From Octopus vulgaris (lineage: Eukaryota), in NCBI GenBank assembly GCA_951406725.2, contig OX597821.1, positions 91,388,001-91,452,000 on the forward strand: a stretch of 64,000 nt of DNA, given 5' to 3'. Under the pieces are notes generated by a model that saw only the letters and a program-made list of their open reading frames with translations, did not search any database and was not told the origin of the DNA. This document shows, in pieces, positions 12,894 through 30,304 of the stretch. How positions within the stretch are numbered: the first letter of the stretch is position 1; each line of letters starts with the position of its first letter. Position numbers and translations under genes: made by a program.

Positions 12894-14422
12894 ATGCATA
12901 ACATGTATACATTTATATATATATATAATACATTCATGTTTATCTATTGATATACATATATACTCTGTGTGTATGCGTGTGCACATATGTGTAATGCAAT
13001 TCAAAATATAATTCTATAATCAGAATAGTGCCAAATTTGTCGTTTTCTAATCTACTATAAGCAATTTAAAATTAGGTAATTGAACTGTGTTTGATATGTA
13101 AACATTTAAAGGATTCAGCATTAGTAGATGTATAACTAAAATTTACAATAAAAGGTTTGTTCTGAAATGGCGTTCATGGGTTTTTTTTTTTTAGTGTAAA
13201 GATTGAAAAGAACAGACTTGAATGGATTTTAAGAGGCCAAGCAATCCCCATTCAGTGTTGTTATTTCTCTGACTCTCAAAGCATTCTTTCTTAGTTTCAA
13301 CCTCATTGATTTTTCTACATTATATTTAACCTCCATCAAACACCACATTTCTGCCAACACTTTTATTACAAAGAAGTCAAATAATGTTTCATAACTATTT
13401 TCATCAAAGCCACACACACACACACACGCTCTTACACACACATACGCTTATACATGCATATATATATATTGAACAAGTAGATTAATTTGACAAAGCGGAA
13501 AGGGTTTAGAGAAAATTAAGAGTTGCCGGTTCTATTAAGGTCATCATCTGTTTCATTGTTTACTCATTGAACAGGGGACACGTCTGTTCCAAGAAAAGAA
13601 CATGACAGAATGGAGTTGGGAAAATAAGATTAACATCGTAGTCAGCTTGTATAGAAGAAAACAAGAGTCATAGATGTAAGGAGAGAATAAGCATGAGTGG
13701 AATAATGTGTGTGTCCTGGGCCATGGTTGAATTTTATGTTAGTAGCAGTTTGGCCATTGGGTGTTACAAAATATTAATACTGATCAATATAACTGCCAAG
13801 GAGCAAGTGATTTCGAACATAGTCTCTCTCTGTCTCTCACTGTCTGCTTATCTATCTGTGTTTGACTGATTGTAATCTCATTGTTTGCTACTAAATCTGT
13901 AAGCAGCATTTAAGTTAATTAAAACTTGACTGGTTTTCAGTTAACAATTTTATATTCTCTACAATTTTTGCTGAGCCAATCAAAGAACTTGATGTGTAGT
14001 TGTTAGCCATCATTGGTTACATTATTCACAGCGTCATCAATCAGCTTGAAAGATCCTGTTTTGTTGATTACTAAAACCTTCTAATTGGCAAAAGAATCCA
14101 GGTTCAAATTAAGATAGAGACCTTCTACATATATATGTGTGCAAAGTGTTTGTGTATGTATGATTGTAAATGTGTGAGTGTTAGTAATATACAAGCACAC
14201 ATACACACATATATAAATATAGGTAGCAATATGCTAAGGAACATGCATATATGATAAATTACTTTGATGTGCATTCAGTAAAAATAATATTGGATGTTGT
14301 ATAATTACTTCAGTGCTACTGCAGAGTGGTTAATTAATGAATATTGTCACATATGTTTATCATGGATGAAATTAAATGAACTCTATCAAGACACATATAC
14401 TCACAAATATATATAGCTCCTC

Positions 14423-18730
<4,308 letters not shown>

Positions 18731-20239
18731 TATATGTAGGTGATATTATATATACCAGAATGTAGCTGTCTACATGGTTTCAATTCTTGGTTAGGAGGAA
18801 TTTAACGTTTTCCTTTCACAGTCGCCCCACATCAGTAGAACTGTGATGAAATGTATTCCAACCGCAAGCATCAAGAATTTTATTCAGACAGACTTGTAAG
18901 AGATTACATTAGCTCGTGATGAGTTGGTGTGTTTAATATGACGGTGGAGATTTAGCTCCTACTTTTATCCTATTGAGCTAATATATTAACATTGTCTTGT
19001 ATCATATATTATGGAATTCTGTTCTCCACTTGTGTTTGCTAATGCTATTGTTCTAATCCCAAACAGGAACTTGTTGAATTCTTATTGAGATTTTAGTAAT
19101 GGACCATCATAAGTGCCACAACTTAAAAACCAAGGAAAACGCAGTCAAAGTTTTGCAACTCTCAGATTGTGATATCTCGTTAAAGAATGAAGTTAGGAAG
19201 CTGGTTTTGGTCTTAAAATGACTACGAAAATCTTCTTCAATTATTCCACATATGTAAAATTATTTATTTATGTATGCATTTGAAAGAGGAAACAATGACT
19301 GCATCTTTCTCATTTTGTAGAATATACCGGTAGTAAGAAATGATATACTGCATTACATATTTTAGCCATAATACCTAGCAAAAACATACAGAGATACCCC
19401 AAAGATATTGTTTGTGTTTTAATATACCAAGGTAAGTATCTTTAAAAAGTAAGTAAGGCAAGATAGTAAGATAATAGCCCATTATCGTTATGATGGTAAC
19501 GAGGAATATTAGGAAATGAGCCATAACACCTCAATAAAAGATAGAGGGACCACACCAAAGCTATTGATTAAGTATGTGTGCTTACAATGGTGTGTTACTA
19601 AGCTCTCTGGTCCAAGTATGGGTGAGTGAGCATCATGTTAATAGTGTTGAGGTACAATTTTTTTCAGCCGGATCTTCGACCTTATGGCAAGTCTCACCAG
19701 TTCTTCCTCCCAATTTTTTCGGATTCTAGACGTCGAGATAAAGAAAATGATATACTAACCTTGAAAATGGCTGAAGTGACTCTTACGAGACTCTGTTACT
19801 AATATGCCTCAATTGTTTTTGCTGATTTCTCAATGTTGTTATTACTTTCACAGCTTAAATTCCGTACACCAATGCAATAAATTTTACAGACTTAATCAAC
19901 TTTATACTGCCATATCTAGACTTGTATTTATTACAAATCATAAAAAAAAAAGGCAAGTGCTTAAAATATGCAATCCTTTTTATTTTGAAGATAGGCTTGC
20001 CTCTTGTTTTATGTGTTTTTAGAAGAACAATTGGCTGATACATTTGAATGTCCAGTGGAACATAGAGAAATTCCATTATTGGTTTATAAATATCTTGTCG
20101 ATAGTCTGTTGCTTAAGCAACAAGTCTTTGCTCACCTCTTTACCCGATTGCCTGATGATTACGTAACAAACACATTCTGACTAATTGTACTGTGCTTACA
20201 TCAAAATAAAAATTTCTAATGAAACGATTGTAGCAAAAT

Positions 20240-20295
20240 GGCGGTGCCCCAGCATGGCCACAGCTCATGAGCTGAAACTAGAATCAATCAATCAA
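20240..20295 (+). mobile_element. Retroposon 3' tail related to the CORE-SINE tail, ending in (ATCA)n
   Basis: ggcggtgccccagcatggccacagctcatgagctgaaacta versus SINE tail ggcggtgctccagcatggccgcagtcaaatgactgaaacaa. Confidence 0.65.
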
Positions 20296-20558
20296 TACCA
20301 GATAACCCAATTGCCAATTTTTCTGCTTTTACACCACACTTAAGGTTTCATTCTTCATTGGATACTTTTGGATTCAATTAAAATTTCAGATTATCTAACA
20401 ACACAGATCTTCCTTCATCAAAGCCTTTTGTGCTAAAATAATGGATTGCTTAACTACCTGCTTTTTGTGAACCTGTTGAATCATTTAGTAGCATGATTCA
20501 CTTTGATATACCTTGATCCTCTATGGATTCTTTGTAATCAAAACTATATGTATGTATA

Positions 20559-20665
20559 GGTGCAGGTATTGTTTTGTAGTTAAGAAGTTCACTTCAGAAC
20601 ATGTCATTGAGGTTTAGTTCCCAGTGTGTACATGCAGCCAATAGGTGTCTTCATCTATAGTTTTG
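20559..20665 (+). mobile_element. Diverged CORE-type SINE head
   Basis: ggtgcaggt...ttaagaagttc...ggtttagttccca...gtgtcttc.tctatag. Confidence 0.5.
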
Positions 20666-20689
20666 AGTTGACACATTGAAATCTTACAA

Positions 20690-20735
<46 letters not shown>

Positions 20736-22027
20736 CTCAAAGCTTTAATGAAGTTTAAATCTAACTGTCTGTGGGGATTCCTATAATTTAGTCATTTCCA
20801 TCCTGGGATCTGCAACCCCATTCTCCAAACCCTCAGGTTTGCAGAGGTAGTACTGAATGTCCATTAGCTGTGTTCAAATTTTTTAAATGCAGTGTAACTG
20901 ACTTAAATGCAGTGTAAACATATAATTACTCACTCCAAGGCAAATAAAAAAAAAATACCATGTATTTCATACATGTTTTCTGTGAAATCCACTTCAATAC
21001 AGTCACATCACACAAAAGAACCATCCTCAATATACAGAGACTACATGTATGTTTTTTTTTTATATTTATGAACTTAAATACTCAATCATATTAGTGAAGG
21101 TTCAATAACAAGGTTCAATATTGTTGTTATGAATACCATATATTGTGAATATGATGTATGACACATTAATCATGTGCCTGCTCAACCGGAAATTTACTAC
21201 TTGTGACATTACAGGAGCCCCATCAGTTCTGACTCCTAGAAAGATGCATGTGAATGCAACACAATTTTTAACTGTCGTTAATTTAAAGGATCACATTTAA
21301 ACATGACATATTTAGATAAGCATTATATGATACATGTATCTTTGTGAATGGTTCTCTTCGTAACAATGTTAACTACATCAGCAAAAATTTTTATATATAA
21401 TTGACCATATAATAATACCCTGGAAATTATGGATTGGTGGTTGAAACTGAAAATGCATTAAAATACATAAAAAAAATGGTATGGGAAGAGGTAAAGATAT
21501 GACATATTTAAAGGGGTAAAATATTGGTTCAAGTTTCAAAAGAGAGAAGTCATAAATATTGAGCTAAGTACATATGCTATAGATTTATATACACCAACCA
21601 TGAAAACAAAGAGAAACTGCAGTGTGTTCTATTATGAAATATTATCCAATGAAGGCATAAAACCAGTCAAAATTTACCAACATTTAGAAATGAAGCATAA
21701 AAAAGAAAAACATGAATGGACCTGTTGAATATTTTTGAAGAAGACAGCAAGAACTATTTTTACAACAACAGTCAACAGAAAAGTAGCATCTGGCTGTGTT
21801 TGCATTGAAAATGATTTGTCTCTTTTGCTTGGAAAAAGTAGAAAACCATACAATACATGGCGAAAGAGAAACTAATTCTGCCTCCTGCCAAAACAATTGT
21901 CTCTAGAATGCATGTAAACAAAGTAGCAAGGAACTAGGATATGCTTCCATTATCAAACAACATTGTGAAGTAGTGAACAGAACATATGTCTGATAGTATT
22001 AAAATTAGTTAATGAAAAGAGTTTTAA

Positions 22028-22247
22028 CCCTTTCGTTACCAACCCGGCTGAAAACGGCTCTGGCTCTGAGTACAAATGTCTTGTTTTCATAAGTTTTGAA
22101 TTAAAATCTTCCACCAAACTTTAGTCACAATTTATGTTCCTAACACTAGTTGAATGATAACTAAGTTATTTTACTAAATTCTTTGTTATATTTAAAGTAA
22201 TTGAAAGAAACACAGAGCATCTCAAAATAAATACAGTAACGAAAAGG
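22028..22247. mobile_element. TTAA-target MITE (piggyBac-like)
   Basis: TIR ccctttcgttac / gtaacgaaaagg, flanked by TTAA (22024-22027) and TTGA; interrupts the hAT frame. Confidence 0.8.
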
Positions 22248-22632
22248 TTGAAATGAATACTATTCTTTACAATTTGATTAAAATAGGAATATTTTTAACT
22301 GAGCTGAATTCTTGCAGTCACATGAGGACAATTTAAAGATATAATGTTCTACCAATCTTTGCCAACATATACAACCAATTAGTCTATCAATCTATTTTTA
22401 ATAGTTTGAAAATAAATTTGGGTAGTCAGAATGTTTAGAAGTCAGAACTGAGGGAGCTTCTGCAATCTCTCTAAATACAGAGGACTTTATAAAGCAAAGT
22501 ACCAAATGCTAAATGGATTCATTGCTCATTGCTGCATGCATAGAGAAGAATTTGCAGCAAGAAATTTTCCATGAAAATTGAAGTAAAAACTAAAGGAGGC
22601 AATGAAAGCAACTAAATTTATAAAGGCTCACC

Positions 22633-23029
22633 TACTCTTTTACTCTTTTACTTGTTTCAGTCATTTGACTGCAGCCATGCTGGAGCACCGCCTTTAATCG
22701 AGCAACTCGACCCCGGAACTTATTCTTTTTTGTAAGCCCAGTACTTATTCTATTGGTCTCTTTTGCCGAACTGCTAAGTAACGTGGACATAAACACACCA
22801 GCATCGGTTGTCAAGCAATACTAGGGGGACAAACACAAACACACACACGCATATATATATACATATATACGACGGGCTTCTTTCAGTTTCCATCTACCAA
22901 ATCCACTCACAAGGCTTTGGTCAGCCCGAGGCTATAGTAGAAGACACTTGCCCAAGGTGCCACACAGTGGGACTGAACCCGGAACCATGTGGTTGGTAAA
23001 CAAGCTACTTACCACACAGCCACACCTGC
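22633..23029 (-). mobile_element. Full-length CORE-type tRNA SINE with internal (TA/TG)n
   Basis: Reverse complement of the copy at 62881-63282. Confidence 0.92.
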
Positions 23030-23080
23030 TAAATTTTCAAATACCTTTTCTTGTGTGTGTTAGGAAATGAGCTGTTGTCA

Positions 23081-23453
23081 TCTCTCTCTATATAAACGGC
23101 AGTTTGTCTGTGCGTTTTCTGTGTGTCTGTTTTCTCGTACCCTCACCCTGACCACGGCTTTCAACCGATTCTGATGAAACTTGACACACACATAGCCCAA
23201 TGTCATAATTCAAAACTAACGCAGCGAAAATTTTGAAAAGTTCCCCCAGTTCTGAAAAAAATCGATAAATTCGACATGGGGTCGAGAATCAGAAACCCAA
23301 ACCACAGACCGTCTAGGAGACGCAACTCCACCTTTTTTAACTCTCAAAAAAAATTTACCATCATTTTTTTTCCATTTTTTGGCTATAACTCTCTAAAAAT
23401 GCTTTATAGTTATTTCCCTTACAAACCTGAGCAACGCCGGGCGATACTGCTAG
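23081..23453 (+). mobile_element. Non-autonomous Helitron
   Basis: Starts TC, ends with hairpin cctgagcaacgccggg then CTAG; inserted between A (23080) and T (23454) with no TSD; removal rejoins hAT codons (cat caa). Confidence 0.88.
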
Positions 23454-24340
23454 TCAACAATAACTCATGCATTCTCAAGTGAGTTAGTTGTCTTGTGCTA
23501 AAATTTTTACCTGCATGTTTGAGTTGTGTAATAAAATATGGTTATTTTTACATGAAAAACTATTCCGGGGGAGTAAACGGTTCAATAACTTCTCATGGTT
23601 AGTTATACTGCTTTCAAAACCTGATATTTTATGTATTCGAATGCTTTGAATTTGAGTCTCTAAAGGAGATCCATAAAAATTTTTCAAGTTGAGGATAGAG
23701 TGGAACCCATGATTATAAAATCTGACTCATGATTTGAATATTGGCAAAGATATGGTTTTCAATCTTTCTTGACACTCTGGGACTTTCTTGCAATGTCTGA
23801 TGAAATAAGAAACCATTTTATCCAACATTTGCAATATTTAAAGGACAGCTTTTGGGATTATTGAATAATTTTTTTCTTCTAGATACCAATAACAATTGGA
23901 TTGGGGAATCATTTCATATAATGTAAAAACTGTCAAATATTTAACAGCAGATGAAGAAAATAGTATTTGCTGATCTTTTGTCTGACATTTCACTTAGGTT
24001 AACTTTCATTCTTTATGATTTAGCAGAATATGGGTTACATGTAAAATTGAGTTTCCAGAATTGGCATCCAATGCACTGACATATTTGATTCTGTTTCCAG
24101 TTTACACAAGCAGGCTTTCTTCCAGCTGTTTTATATAAAACCAGCTATAGAAACAGGATGAAAGTTAAAATTCGTCATCACTTAAAACTAATCACCATTG
24201 CACTTGAAATCAAAACATGATAATGAATAAAGTTTTAATAGGTAGAGGACAGGATCTACAGTAATTGATCTTCCATCATCCCAAAAGTTTCAGGCCTTGT
24301 GCCTATTATATCATATATATATATATATATATATACATAT

Positions 24341-24507
24341 ATACGATGGGCTTCTTCCAGTTTCCATCTACCAAATTCACTCACAAGGATTTGGTCAGCC
24401 CGAGGCTATAGTAGAGGACACCTGCCCAAGGTGCCATGCAGTGGAACTGAACCCAGGACCATGTGGTTAGTAAGGAAGCTACTTACCACACAGCCACTCC
24501 TGCACCT
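24341..24507 (-). mobile_element. 5' half of CORE-type SINE
   Basis: Homologous to the head of 62881; ends at the internal (TA)n. Confidence 0.88.
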
Positions 24508-24892
24508 AAGCATTATCAGCATATACTTACACACATGAGGAAAATATTGACTAGACACATACTACTGAAAAGATCTCTAAATCTACATATCAGTGCAATG
24601 TTAATTTGAAGCACCAAGGGAGTAAAAAAAAATGTAAAGCATCTTACAATATATATAGCAAATGAAGAGTACAAAAAAACCTACTGCAACAATAATAAAC
24701 AGCAAATTAGTTGTTTTATTTTCTTAATTTTATTTTTTTATTTTTTTACTTCTACAATAATATTTGGTCACCTTGCAGCAGCAGCAACATCAGTAGTAGC
24801 AGCAGCAACAGCAGCAGTAGTAGTAGTAGTGTCATTTATCTGAAGACTGTGTCTTGTATTTACACCTGTCACATTTTTGACAATAATATTTG

Positions 24893-25030
24893 GGCATAGC
24901 TGTGTGGTTAGAGAGCTTGCTTCCTAGCTACATGGTTTCAGGTTCTGTCCCACCGCATGGCACTTTGGGCAAGTGTCTTCTGCTATAGCCCCGGGCCGAG
25001 TGAAGCTTTGTGATTAAATTTGGTAGGCAG
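24893..25030 (+). mobile_element. 5' half of CORE-type SINE
   Basis: gctgtgtggtta...cactttgggcaagtgtcttctgctatagcc. Confidence 0.8.
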
Positions 25031-25349
25031 AAGTTACTGCTGTGTGCGTATATGTGTATGTAAGTGCTTGTGCCACTCCAAGAGAGAGAGAGAGGGAATT
25101 TACTTCCAGATTAGTAATTTTACCACCAGTTAGACCTTTGCGAGTGAAATAAAACTAAGAGTTTCACTACAAAATTCAAAACATCACAAGCAAGAGATGC
25201 CCGTCACCTCAGCTACCCATGTAGCCTGATGTACAAATTGTCAAAGACAATTTCGCTTAAGTCCAGATTAGTCCCTTTAGAAACATGTGGTTGGGAAGCA
25301 AGCTTCTTACCACACAGCCACTCCTGTGCCTACGTAGTTATACTAAACA

Positions 25350-25463
25350 TAAAATTCAAATTGTTGAAATCTCAAAGCTATGTGATACTGTATGATTAAT
25401 CCAAAATAAATTGAATAAATAAGCATTACACTTGATAGTGTAATCTCAATGCAAAAGAGTTAA
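25350..25463. mobile_element. Partial copy of the TTAA MITE at 40345-40564
   Basis: gaaatctcaaagcta...gtaatctcaatgcaaaagagttaa parallels 40470-40568. Confidence 0.55.
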
Positions 25464-25560
25464 AGCAAATAATGGATAAAAGATATGTTATTTTAATACA
25501 TGTAATAGACACACCTGATTCAGTACTTATCTACATAAAGCTCTGAAATATGAAGCAACA

Positions 25561-25890
25561 TGTGATGGTACATGACTTAGCGGTTAGGGTATTTGACTCA
25601 CGACTGCATGATCATGAGTTCAATTTGCAACAATACGTTGTATCTTTGAGCAAGACACTTTATTTCATGTTGCTCCACTCGACGCAGCTGGCAAAAATGA
25701 ATTGTACCTGTATTTCAAAGAGCCAGCCCTGTCACACTCTGTGTCATGCTGGATCTCCCTGAGAACTACGTTAAGGGTACAAGTAAGTGTCTGTGGAATG
25801 GTCAGCGACTTGTTTATTAATTTCACAAGCAGGTTGTTCCATTGATTGAATCAAATGGAACCTTCCCGGTTCTAACTGACAGAGTGCCAA
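25561..25890 (+). mobile_element. tRNA-derived SINE (head and core related to 12151-12493, different 3' part)
   Basis: tgacttagcggttaggg...gagttcaatt...ttgagcaagacactttatttcatgttgctccac. Confidence 0.75.
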
Positions 25891-26279
25891 GATGCAATGT
25901 AGAATAAAGTTTTTAGGTTTAAAAGAAAGTAGAACGAAAGGCTTCAGTTGGAATCGAACTTCAAATGTACATGCAAGTAGTCTGATGCCTCAACAATTCA
26001 TCTATCTTACCACTGACGTATATGTGTGTGCATGTGTCTGTATGTATGTTTGTATAAGTTGTGAGTGTGTATTGTGTGCGTATGTGTATGAGTGAGTAAA
26101 AAAAAAAAGAGAAAGACATACATATATGTATATAGGAGGTGGTGGGAGATAGAGATGTGGTGGGAGATTGAGTGGGAACTAGTGAAAGTCAGAACATATA
26201 TTTCCATCTGTTTATCATAACTGTTAATTTATTAAATTGAAATAAGTCATAAACAAACAAATTTAGTTCTATCTATCCA

Positions 26280-27900
<1,621 letters not shown>

Positions 27901-28479
27901 CCTAAATAATATAAATAATATTCCTATGTTTGAGTACTTTTAGAAGGAAGGCAATGTTGTTATCGTTCATATTCCTTTATAAGGCGAAGAATTTCAATCT
28001 GACATTTTATATCTTAGACTTTCCAACATAACGGAACAGACTTTCCAAGCTGCTATATTTTTTACTTTCAAGTTATGAGTGTACATATGAATTCTGATAT
28101 TTCATGGCCTGAGAAGAAATACTTATATCAAAAAATCATGTATCCATCTTTTTTACATGAAAAATTCTATATACACATCTTGTATGTTCATAAAATGATT
28201 TGTACTGAATATTTAGTATAAATTTGTTAGTGATTTCACTGTGGATCTATCAATGATTGACAACTGGATATTGGGAATATCTTTGGAAATAAACTCAACA
28301 GTTTTCTTTTTGGAGTCTTCTTTCTTAAGAGTAAAAGAAACTGCAGTGAATTTGTTGTTGTTGTTGTTGTTTTGCTCTGTCAACCCTGAACAAACAAACC
28401 TGTGATGAAAGGTGTTCTACCTATTATAGCCATTATCTTTTTTTTTTAATTCTATTATTTTACAATATGTAATATACTT

Positions 28480-28910
28480 AGGTGCTGGTGATACGTAAAA
28501 GACACCCAGTACAATCTGTAGAGCAGTTGGCATTAGGAAGGGCATCCATCCAATGAAACGAAGCTGAAACAGATAACTGGAACCTGGTATGCAATACACA
28601 TACATCATCATCATCATTGTCATCACCATTTAGCATCTATTTTTCATGCTGGCATGAGGTGACAGTTTGACCGGAGCTTGTAAATCAGAGAACTGCACCA
28701 GGCTCCAGTCATCTCTTTTGGCTTGGGTTTTATGGCTGGATGCCCTTCCTAACACCAACCAATTTACAGACCATGCTGCATGCTTTTTATGTATCACTGA
28801 CACAGGTACCCTTTCATGTGTTAGTGGCATGAGTGCCTTTTATGTGTCACCAGCATTAGTGCTTCTAATGTTTCATTGGAGCTAGTGCCTCTTATGTGCC
28901 ACCACCATGG
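28480..28910. mobile_element. Two convergent diverged RTE 3' modules (+ 28480-28580; - 28604-28910)
   Basis: gttggcattaggaagggcatcca on the + strand and ggctggatgcccttcctaacaccaacc on the - copy. Confidence 0.7.
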
Positions 28911-29244
28911 GTGAAGAGGAAATGATATTAGAGCCAGAGAGAGATGGATGGGCATCAATAATCACTTGAAATTTTTATCAACAAAGGTGCCTCTAATGAC
29001 AGTCTTTTCACTTAGAAAACGATGAAATAGCAAAAGCCTTACATCTGAAAATGGTGATTTGGGCTTCTCCCATGACAAAAAGTTGACTATAGCTGGCTTT
29101 CGAACGACATGGTTCTGGGTTCAGTCCCACTGCATGGCACCTTGGGCAAGTATCTTCTAAAGTCTTAGGCCGACCAAAGCCTTGTGAGTGGATTTGGTAG
29201 ATGGAAACTGAAAGAAGCCTATTTTATATATGTATATATATATC

Positions 29245-29550
29245 ACAACGTCTATACATTTTTAACCTTGAACTTTCAACCTTGAACTTGTTCGTATAAA
29301 CTGTCCTGTTCATTTTATTTTCTCATATATTATCTTTATTTTTTACATTCATTTCATATTTAATTGTTAGCTCCTGCACGCATTTTTATCTCTCCTTGTT
29401 TCTTTTCCGTGTATCTTTCTGTTGAAGAGCGTAGGCTCGAAACGTAAAAGACTTGTTTTATTTCTATTTCTGAGCACCATACTAATACAATTGTTTGTTT
29501 GTACTCCACCTGCCTTCGTCTTTTGTTTATTTTCGTAAACCTTCCCATTT
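29245..29550 (+). mobile_element. Penelope-like terminal-repeat remnant
   Basis: Carries a minimal hammerhead motif; downstream sequence is homologous to 39845-39932. Confidence 0.65.
29414..29451 (+). ncRNA. Minimal type I hammerhead ribozyme motif (A6U core variant)
   Basis: tcttt CTGTTGA a gagc-gtag-gctc GAAA cg TA aaaga. Confidence 0.7.
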
Positions 29551-29594
<44 letters not shown>

Positions 29595-29874
29595 TGTGTC
29601 TGTGTTTGTCTCGCCAACATCGCTTGACAACTGATGCTGGTGTGGTTACATCTCCATAACTTAACAGTTCGGCAAAAGCAACCATTAGAATAAGTACTAG
29701 GCTTACAAAGAATAAGTCCTGGGGTCGATTTGCTCGACTAAAGGTGGTGCTCCAGCATGGCCACAGTCAAATGACTGAAACAAGTAAAAGAGTAAAAGAG
29801 TATTGATCACACTGAAAACAAAGTAATAATTCCTATATCAACATATTATGTTTTATTTTTTATCCTCTTTTCCA

Positions 29875-30277
29875 TTATTTATTTGCTCCAGTCTGTGGCC
29901 ATGCTGGGGCACTTCTCTGAAGAATTTTAGTTGAATGAATCAAACCGAGTCCTCTTTGTTTTAAGCCTGGTACTTAATCTGTCAATCTCTTTTTATCAAA
30001 CCACTAGGTCATGGAGAGATAAACAAATCGGCACTGGTTATCAAGTGGTGGTGGTCATGGTGAGGAAAAACACATACACATGCACACACACGCACACACA
30101 CTCACGCATATATATGACGGGCTTTTTTCAGTTTCCGCCTACCAAATCCACTAACAAAGCTTGAGTCGGCCTGGGACTATAGCAGAAGACATTTGCCCAA
30201 GGTGTCATGCAGTGGGACTGAACCCAGAACCATGAGGTTAGTAAGCAAGCTACTTACCACACAGCCATGTCTGAGCC
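29875..30277 (-). mobile_element. CORE-type SINE, diverged
   Basis: Reverse complement of the family head, core and tail. Confidence 0.85.
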
Positions 30278-30304
30278 TATATATGTATATATATATATAT
30301 ATAT

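Larger units (their letters stand above)
21429..24230 (+). pseudogene. Decayed hAT (Buster/SCAND3-ZBED8-like) transposase, interrupted by three insertions
   Basis: Ordered motifs across frameshifts: MDWWLK; QCV..EILSNEGIKPVKIYQHLEMKH (BED-type finger); LILPPAK; LPLSNNIV; YSLQFD; HCCMHREE; KFIKAHL; LMHSQV; LNLSL*G; EFPELASNAL; IKTSYRNR (dimerisation region). Confidence 0.85.
29090..29801 (+). mobile_element. CORE-type SINE interrupted at its internal (TA)n by a hammerhead-bearing insertion
   Basis: Head 29090-29220 and 3' half 29555-29801 both match the copy at 62881-63282. Confidence 0.88.

Noticed and set aside
13570-13800. Possible minus-strand CR1/Jockey C-terminal remnant
   Set aside because: Only a vague SF motif; insufficient evidence.
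18780-19120. Possible Penelope GIY-YIG or hammerhead remnant on the minus strand
   Set aside because: ctgatg is not followed by A, there is no helix II and no convincing protein motif.
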